64,000 bases of DNA from an uncultured Desulfobacter sp. (GTDB lineage Bacteria > Desulfobacterota > Desulfobacteria > Desulfobacterales > Desulfobacteraceae), in contig OY762069.1 in the NCBI GenBank assembly GCA_963665095.1, positions 6,336,001 to 6,400,000 on the forward strand, written 5' to 3'. The position numbers and the translations under genes are program-made. Shown here piece after piece: positions 57,922 through 64,000 of this stretch (the stretch's first letter is position 1; every line of letters starts with the position of its first letter). The notes beneath the pieces were generated by a model. That model had not been told where the DNA came from and did no database searches. It saw only the letters and a program-made list of their open reading frames with translations.

Positions 57922-58003
57922 GTAGTATCAAAAAGGAAGGTGCCTTCCTTTTTGATACTACTATATGCAATTATGGGAGATTGTCAATACAGGAAGGTAC
58001 CTT
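57922..58003 (-). promoter_or_regulatory. promoter flanked by two palindromic operator candidates
   Basis: 19-bp perfect IR GTAGTATCAAAAAGGAAGG-TG-CCTTCCTTTTTGATACTAC (57922-57961); second core AGGAAGGTACCTT at 57991; TTGACA-N16-TATAGT on the minus strand between them. Confidence 0.7.
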
Positions 58004-58030
58004 TATATTTATAAGCCTGTTTGACACTCA

Positions 58031-58333
58031 TCAGACTTTAAAATGCTTTACCAGGTTATTGAGGTTCGCGGCCAGATCCGCGAACTCAGCTGATTTGCGG
58101 TCTACGGTGTTGCTCATTTCGGCCATATGGCCGGCTGCCTGATTCACATCGGCAATATCTTTTGAAATCTCAGCTGTCACAGAGGCGCTTTGGTTGACAT
58201 TCCCGGTCACATTCTGAATACCGGTGGACACCTGATGAATATTTTTAGCAATTTCCTTTGTCACAGATGATTATTCGTCTATGGCAGCCGCAATGGATGA
58301 GACGATATCATTCACGTCAGAAATTATTTTTGT
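58031..58333 (-). pseudogene. methyl-accepting chemotaxis protein C-terminal remnant
   Basis: TKIISDVNDIVSSIAAAIDE*SSVTKEIAKNI..LNNLVKHFKV; in-frame TAA (58271-58273) at the Gln of the EEQS motif; N-terminal part absent. Confidence 0.85.
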
Positions 58334-58343
58334 GTCTGTTCCT

Positions 58344-58625
58344 TTAGTATCCTCTCCTTCTGAATGACTTCTTCTTTTTTTTGCCTCCGGAATCGGCGTG
58401 GTTGATTTTAATAGGTTTTTTATCAATTATGTTGCCGTTCAACGCCTTGATGGCTTTATCCGCTTCAGAATTGCTTGGCATTTCCACAAACCCGAACCCT
58501 TTGGAAAATCCCTTAAATCTATCTTTTATAATTTTAACACTTTCAACTTCGCCAAAAGCTTCAAACATCTGCCTGAGCGTATCTTCTGTCATTTGTGGCG
58601 TCATATTACCGACATAAATTTTCAT
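58344..58625 (-). CDS. RRM RNA-binding protein
   Basis: KIYVGN (RNP2), KGFGFVEM (RNP1) and basic tail. Confidence 0.93.
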   Translation of the reverse strand: MKIYVGNMTPQMTEDTLRQMFEAFGEVESVKIIKDRFKGFSKGFGFVEMPSNSEADKAIKALNGNIIDKKPIKINHADSGGKKKKKSFRRRGY

Positions 58626-58860
58626 ATATACCTTCCTTTGTTTCAAAGTTACGGCCTAACAGGCGCATGTCAGTCCCCGGCAGCTGATACTTTTTTCAAG
58701 GCCGTCTGTCTGCTTTATATTGGGCTGCTGAAGATATCCCAAGTTTATCCGTTTCTCCATTGGTATCCTGGAACTGCAGCGTATTCCTGAACATCCGAAT
58801 ATTCATATTGCCGATTTCCAGGGGTGTATTACGAATGCGCACCTCGGACACGGGAATCCT

Positions 58861-59013
58861 TTATTCCTGTTCTTCCGGGTGGCCGTCTTCAAGGTCAGCT
58901 TCGGTTTTTGTATCCTTTTTTTCGGCCCTTCGCCGACGTTTCTCTTCTTTTTTCTTTTTTTTGTTCAGCTCCTTTTGCCTTTTCTCCCAGGAATATTGAT
59001 TTCGGACTGCCAT
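58861..59013 (-). CDS. 50-aa Lys/Arg-rich small protein (not in ORF track)
   Basis: GGAGG RBS; MAVRNQYSWEKRQKELNKKKKKEEKRRRRAEKKDTKTEADLEDGHPEEQE*. Confidence 0.75.
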   Translation of the reverse strand: MAVRNQYSWEKRQKELNKKKKKEEKRRRRAEKKDTKTEADLEDGHPEEQE

Positions 59014-59099
59014 GTCCCTCCATTTGGGTTCATCTGTTAAGTGCCTGCAGAAAATCGGGCTCAGTGACGCCGTTTTTCACAGGAACGGTTTATGGCCAT

Positions 59100-60224
59100 T
59101 CAGGCCGGTATTAAAGATTCTTCTGTCATTTTTTTGCCAAGAGCCTTTTCAATCAGTGCAATGGCTTTATTGTCTTCCGCAGATGCAAAGGTATAGGCCT
59201 GACCGGAAAGATTGGCCCTGCCGGTTCGACCGGTTCTGTGAATATAGGTTTCCACCGTATCCGGCAGATCATAGTTGATCACATGGGAAACCCCTGAAAC
59301 ATCAATTCCTCTGGCCGCAATATCCGTTGCCACGAGTATTTTGAACGCACCGTTGCGAAAACCCTCCATTGCCCTGCGTCGCTGGTTCTGGGATAAATTC
59401 CCCTGCAGGGACACGGCATTAAATCCTGATTTTTTCAACTGGACGGCAAGGCTTTTCGCCTTATGCTTGGTCCGCGTGAATACAATGGTGCTGACCATAC
59501 CATTTTGGGTGAACAATGTTTTGAGCAATGCTGTCCGCTTATCCCTTTGAACCTTAAACCGGCCATGGGCGATGCGGGTTACAGGCTTTGTATGATTGAT
59601 CTGAACCCTGACCGGGTTGTGTAAAATATCCTGGACCAGATTGCCGATGGGTTTCGGCATGGTGGCGGAGAAAACCAGAGACTGGCGCTGTGTGGGCAGA
59701 TACTTGATAATCCGTCTGATATCGGGCAGAAATCCCATGTCAAGCATCTGATCCGCTTCATCCAGGACCAGAATGTCGACCCCTTTAAGCGTCAGTGCTC
59801 TGTCATTTATAAGATCCAGCAGCCGTCCCGGGCAGGCCACAACAATATCCACCCCTTTTTTAAGGGTTTTGATCTGAAGGTGTTTTCCAACCCCACCGTA
59901 AACAGCCGCACTTTTAACAGAGGTATGAATTGCCATCATCTTTATGCTTTCATGAATTTGCTCGGCAAGTTCCCGGGTAGGGGCCATGATCAGAACTGAC
60001 GGTGACGCGGGTGATGGGGTCGAAGGCCTTTTTAGCAAATGCTGGAGAATGGGCAAAACAAAAGCAACCGTTTTTCCGGTTCCGGTCTGGGCAAGGCCAA
60101 GTATATCTTTCCCGTTAAGAATAGGGGGGATTGCTTTCTGCTGGATGGGGCTGGGATGGGTGTAGCCCGCATCATGAATGCCTGACAGGATGTCAGGAAG
60201 AAAATTAAACTGGGTAAAACGCAT
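59100..60224 (-). CDS. DEAD-box RNA helicase (RhlE-like)
   Basis: AQTGTGKT, PTRELA, DEAD, SAT, ARGID, HRTGRTGRA; CAGGAG RBS. Confidence 0.93.
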   Translation of the reverse strand: MRFTQFNFLPDILSGIHDAGYTHPSPIQQKAIPPILNGKDILGLAQTGTGKTVAFVLPILQHLLKRPSTPSPASPSVLIMAPTRELAEQIHESIKMMAIHTSVKSAAVYGGVGKHLQIKTLKKGVDIVVACPGRLLDLINDRALTLKGVDILVLDEADQMLDMGFLPDIRRIIKYLPTQRQSLVFSATMPKPIGNLVQDILHNPVRVQINHTKPVTRIAHGRFKVQRDKRTALLKTLFTQNGMVSTIVFTRTKHKAKSLAVQLKKSGFNAVSLQGNLSQNQRRRAMEGFRNGAFKILVATDIAARGIDVSGVSHVINYDLPDTVETYIHRTGRTGRANLSGQAYTFASAEDNKAIALIEKALGKKMTEESLIPA

Positions 60225-60523
60225 TAAAACTCCTGAATGCAGACATTTTGGACGCAAACCCTTATTGGCGGGCTTAAAGACCTTCTATCTGCTTACATAT
60301 AATTTAGGTGAAAAAAGATAAGCTGAAGATAAAAGGCACATCTCAACTTAAAGAAGACATAAAAAGCGTATCCAACAACATCTTCATACTGTTTCCACGG
60401 TTAAGTATCAGTAAAAACGTCAGCGTTAACGTACGGTGTTTGTCAGACAACGCGGTCAGCGAGGTGTGCCTGAAAGAAAAAAATCTGACAGGAAATTTGC
60501 CTTTACTGGCATTCGGACGATTA

Positions 60524-60551
60524 ATCATACACAAAGGTTTGAAAATTGCAA
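60524..60551 (-). promoter_or_regulatory. sigma70 promoter candidate for the helicase operon
   Basis: TTGCAA-N16-TATGAT with extended TG on the minus strand, about 300 nt upstream of the ATG. Confidence 0.55.
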
Positions 60552-60672
60552 GGAGAATAACTATTCAGGATTTCGTTGATTTGTACAAATCAGGGGCCTG
60601 ATGCTGGCCATATTGGCTCCTTGCACACAAGCCCTGATTTGTTAAGCCCAACAATTTAACAAAAAACTCAAC

Positions 60673-60704
60673 AAAAAACAGGGGGCATACAATATGCCCC
60701 CTGT
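60673..60704 (-). terminator. intrinsic terminator
   Basis: ACAGGGGGCATA-CAA-TATGCCCCCTGT with a T-run on the minus strand. Confidence 0.8.
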
Positions 60705-60813
60705 CAGGAGCGGCTGCAATATCGGGGGATACCCTAAAAGCGCATGATACCAGCGGATGAAAGTTCTCTCAAAGAGATTGTTGGTTCAGCCCGGCAACTG
60801 CCTGGCAGGGGGC
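60696..60813. ncRNA. candidate structured RNA (long irregular hairpin)
   Basis: Nested helices: GCCCCCTGTCAGG/CCTGGCAGGGGGC, CGGCTGC/GCAACTG, CGGG/CCCG, TGA(T)ACCAGCGG/TTGTTGGTTCA, TCTC/GAGA. Confidence 0.45.
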
Positions 60814-60887
60814 TGCTGAAAATTGATCGCCCGATTCAGGTGTATGATGCCCGGTCATCAATTCACCAGGCCAGTTACCCCGACGCT

Positions 60888-62699
60888 CTATCCGCCAAAT
60901 GAGGCATCATCAATCTCAACCGCTGCAGCACAGCCTTTACTGATTGATGTAAGACTGCCCATGGTCACCGGCAGTACTGTATTGATGAAGAAATCCGCAT
61001 TTTTGATCTGTCCCTGGTAAAAGGGGATGTCTTTTTTCGCATGTTTCCCGGCAAGTTTGGTGTCTGCCACCTGGGCGCGCCATAACAGCATCCAGGCCAT
61101 GACAATATCCCCTGTGGCGTTCAGGAACGGTGTGGCATGGGCAAACGCTGTTTTAAATTCCAGAGACATGGCCTGTTTCCCGAGCTGCATGGCCACCTCT
61201 CCCAGGCGGCCGACTGCTGCCATAAGGTCATCTGAGAAGGGTTTGAGTCCCTCTGACCGGGCCGCATCCTGGCAGGTTTTCTGAATTTGTCCCAGCAGTC
61301 CGGCAAAGACCATTCCCTTGTTCATGCCAAGCTTTCTGCCCAGAAGATCCATGGCCTGAATGCCATTTGTGCCTTCATACAGGGATGCGATCTTGGTATC
61401 CCGCATGATTTGTTCAACTGGGAATTCCTTGATATAGCCGTATCCGCCGTACACCTGGATGGCCTGGACACTGATCTCAAACCCTTTATCAGAACCCAGG
61501 GATTTGATGATGGGGGTCAAAAGTCCGATCTCTGCATCACAGGCCTTTTTTGCCTCTTCGTCATCCGTGCAGCGCATTTTGTCAAACAGGGTCTCCACAT
61601 AGTAAATCAGGCTGCGCAGGCCTTCAACATAGCACTTCATCCATAACAGCATGCGGCGTACATCCGGGTGGCGGATAATGGGGACCTGGGCTGGTGCGTC
61701 TTTGCCCGCACCAAGTTCTGCGCCCTGAAGCCTTTGCCTGGCATAATCCAGTGCGTACAGATAGGCTCCGGAACCGGCATACAGGCCCTGGAATCCCACA
61801 TCCTGGCGGGCTTCATTCATCATGTTAAACATGATCTTCATCCCTTTACCCTCTTCGCCCAGCAGGTATCCTTTGCACAGGCCTTTGCTTCCAAAGGAGA
61901 GGCTGCAGGTGGCGCTGCCGTGGATGCCGGTTTTCTCTTCGATGCCGGTGGTGACCACATCGTTAGGTTCGCCCAGGGTGCCGTCGTCATTCACCATGAT
62001 TTTGGGGACGATAAAAATAGAGATGCCTTTGGTCCCTTCCGGAGCGCCTTCCACCCTGGCTAACACCGGATGGACGATGTTCTCGCACAGATCGTGATCG
62101 CCGTTGGTGATGAAAATTTTATCACCGGTGATGGAGTAGGAACCGTCTTCATTTTTTACAGCAGAGGTGGTCAATGCCCCCACATCAGATCCGGCACCCG
62201 GCTCGGTCAGTACCATGGTGCCGCCCCAGGTGCCTTTGTACAGTTTTTCAAGATAGAGATCTTTTTGTTCCTGAGTGCCGTGCAGCTGAATCATTTTTCC
62301 GGTTCCATGCCCCATCTGGCCATAAGCCACAAGTGATCCGCTGGCGCCTGACAGGTATTCCCGGGCAGCCCGGTCTATGATGTGGGGCAGCCCCTGTCCT
62401 CCCACCGCAACATCTTCGCACATGGAGGTGAATTCGTTTTCCAGCAGCAGTTTAAAGGGCTTGTGAAAGCTTTCGGGAACCGTTACTTTCCCATCTTTGA
62501 AGGTGACACCGATGCGGTCGCTGTCAACATAGGTGGGTAAAAGCTCTTTGATGGCAAAATTGCGTGCCTCATTGATGATCATATCAAAGGTTTTGCGATT
62601 GAGGCCGGAAAAGGCTTTTTCTTTAGCCAGGGCTTCAGTATCAAGCTGTTCATACAAAACAAATTCAATGTCTCTTCGATCTGCGATCTGTTGCGCCAT
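60888..62699 (-). CDS. long-type (~600 aa) acyl-CoA dehydrogenase
   Basis: TMVLTEPGAGSDVG, KIFITNG, GGYGY, LYEGTNGIQAMDL. Confidence 0.92.
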   Translation of the reverse strand: MAQQIADRRDIEFVLYEQLDTEALAKEKAFSGLNRKTFDMIINEARNFAIKELLPTYVDSDRIGVTFKDGKVTVPESFHKPFKLLLENEFTSMCEDVAVGGQGLPHIIDRAAREYLSGASGSLVAYGQMGHGTGKMIQLHGTQEQKDLYLEKLYKGTWGGTMVLTEPGAGSDVGALTTSAVKNEDGSYSITGDKIFITNGDHDLCENIVHPVLARVEGAPEGTKGISIFIVPKIMVNDDGTLGEPNDVVTTGIEEKTGIHGSATCSLSFGSKGLCKGYLLGEEGKGMKIMFNMMNEARQDVGFQGLYAGSGAYLYALDYARQRLQGAELGAGKDAPAQVPIIRHPDVRRMLLWMKCYVEGLRSLIYYVETLFDKMRCTDDEEAKKACDAEIGLLTPIIKSLGSDKGFEISVQAIQVYGGYGYIKEFPVEQIMRDTKIASLYEGTNGIQAMDLLGRKLGMNKGMVFAGLLGQIQKTCQDAARSEGLKPFSDDLMAAVGRLGEVAMQLGKQAMSLEFKTAFAHATPFLNATGDIVMAWMLLWRAQVADTKLAGKHAKKDIPFYQGQIKNADFFINTVLPVTMGSLTSISKGCAAAVEIDDASFGG

Positions 62700-62947
62700 G
62701 TGTCTGAACTCCTTTTTTAGATGTGGGAATATCTGCCCGGGCGATTTCGATTCAAAGGTGAAAACCGTGTTTACCTGTCAGGCAATTGAAGTTTCTATAA
62801 TCAAAAAGACATCAGAATACAATAGGTTTGATATAAGAAAACCAATTTGTATGAATTTTGTTAATGCAAAGACATGAACAATAGTAATCCTGGTTTATGT
62901 GCGGACGCTTTGGTTTGGCACCACCAGCGGCATGCCGCACAGAAGAA

Positions 62948-63391
62948 TCAGCCTTTCAATGGCTTGAGTGTGACAATGGATTTGGTTACAGTTGCTGATG
63001 CTACCAGGGTGTCACCGCTGAAGGCCCGGGCCTGACAGAATGCAAGTCGTTTGCCCATTTTCAGGGTGTTTCCTTTAAAGGTCAGGGGGCTGTCTCCAGG
63101 TGCAGGATTCAGTACAGAGACATGGATGTCATGGGTAACCGCATTTTCATGGTCAGCCAGCATAGCTATCAGGGAAACATAGGCTGCCACGTCCAGAAGG
63201 GAGTACAGTATGCCACCATGGACAACATTGGCAACATTAATGGTGTTTTCAATGTTTGTGACGGAAATTTCAGCTTTTCCAGGTTCATGACTGAGAACTT
63301 TAAGACCTACAAATTGATGAAAGGGAAGATTTGATGTCAGGTTGAGCCGCCGCTCAAATTCGCCTGTGCTCATGGTCTGTTTAAAGTTCAT
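62948..63391 (-). CDS. PaaI family thioesterase
   Basis: NVANVVHGGILYSLLD hotdog motif; start uncertain. Confidence 0.85.
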   Translation of the reverse strand: MNFKQTMSTGEFERRLNLTSNLPFHQFVGLKVLSHEPGKAEISVTNIENTINVANVVHGGILYSLLDVAAYVSLIAMLADHENAVTHDIHVSVLNPAPGDSPLTFKGNTLKMGKRLAFCQARAFSGDTLVASATVTKSIVTLKPLKG

Positions 63392-63701
63392 AGGGATTTT
63401 TCCTAAATCAGGGTAAAAAAAGAGTCTGTTGGATATAGGACAGGCGTTTCTTTCTGTCAACCAAAGTCTGGTATCCTGAATCCGCTTTCTGATCTTTGGG
63501 ACAAACGCCCCCTTGACGTATGTAAATGATTTATTTTAAGAACTTTCTCAATTTCAGTATCTTATTTTATCCGGGGTATGCTATACACCTAACCTTAGCT
63601 TGGCACTGTTACCCTTTTGGAATTCATTTTTGTTATGCCGGGTTTAAATGAATTTTACCTAAAATGTCACATGATTATAACTTTTTAATACAGGTGAACC
63701 A

Positions 63702-64000
63702 TTGAAATTAACCATGTACAACACCCCGGTAATACGTCCGGTGATTAAGGCCCTGTGCGCATTCTGCCTCAGGCTGACCGGCTGGAAACTGAAAGGGGCG
63801 CCGCCAGTGGAAGACAAATACGTCCTGATTGCAGTGCCACACACCAGCAACTGGGATTTTCCCATATCCTTGTCCATGGCCTTTGTATATGGGTTTGATA
63901 TGCACTGGATGGGTAAGGCCTCCCTGTTTAAAAGCTGGCGGGGTCCCATAATGAAATGGATGGGCGGTATTCCAATTAACCGGGCCTGTGCAAACAATGT
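63702..64000 (+). CDS. PlsC-family acyltransferase, 5' part (runs off the window)
   Basis: Plus frame reads (M)KLTMYNTPVIRP..GWK..YVLIAVPHTSNWDF..GKASLF..MGGIPINR, with the HxxxxD motif. Not in the ORF track; start TTG 63702 or ATG 63714. Confidence 0.88.
   Translation, partial: MKLTMYNTPVIRPVIKALCAFCLRLTGWKLKGAPPVEDKYVLIAVPHTSNWDFPISLSMAFVYGFDMHWMGKASLFKSWRGPIMKWMGGIPINRACANN

Noticed and set aside
58650..58860. Further short ORFs between the small basic protein and the RRM gene
   Set aside because: ORFs of about 35 aa with no convincing RBS or motif.
60696..60813. 6S RNA or SRP RNA identity for the long hairpin
   Set aside because: Too short for 6S and lacks the SRP domain IV motif; kept only as an unassigned structured RNA.
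63659..63997. 112-aa minus-strand ORF from the track
   Set aside because: It is the shadow of a plus-strand PlsC-type acyltransferase (HTSNWD) that runs off the window.
1..64000. CRISPR arrays, tRNA/rRNA, transposases, integrases, defence systems, selenocysteine read-through
   Set aside because: No regularly spaced repeats, RNA-gene signatures or relevant protein motifs seen. The stops in the hcp and MCP remnants are TAA, not TGA.

Overview
64 kb of bacterial chromosome. Gene content and repeat style suggest a sulfate-reducing deltaproteobacterium, probably Desulfobacteraceae-like (inference). I found no rRNA, tRNA, CRISPR array, transposase or prophage gene. In order, the window holds: (i) three tandem genes sharing a Tyr-rich C-terminal domain (two complete, with signal peptides), followed by an AlgI/AlgJ-like O-acetylation pair; (ii) a GntR-linked catabolic island with two DapA-like paralogs, a MatB-like CoA ligase, a Dpp-type ABC importer, an MFS pump and a USP, with a shared TTATAA-N2-TTATAA motif; (iii) a decayed hcp locus that keeps its TTGAT-N4-ATCAA box; (iv) a FadH-like enoate reductase; (v) an AcoR/AcxR-like sigma-54 activator ahead of a three-gene biotin-dependent carboxylase, then a YkgJ protein, a beta-keto-acid cleavage enzyme and an acyl-CoA dehydrogenase; (vi) a saccharopine-dehydrogenase-like/amino-acid ABC operon; (vii) an 802-aa protein with glutamate-cysteine-ligase (YbdK/GCS2)-fold motifs; (viii) arfB, a dipeptidase, an S8 lipoprotein, efpL, argG, a MarR locus, an MCP pseudogene, a DEAD-box/small basic protein/RRM operon, and a long stem-loop overlapping a terminator. 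The best candidates for an undescribed system are the carboxylase plus cleavage-enzyme module (its carboxyltransferase keeps the catalytic core but appears to lack the pyruvate-carboxylate-binding Arg, suggesting ketone carboxylation) and the large GCS2-fold amide ligase. All functional calls come from motif reading by eye; no database searches were run.
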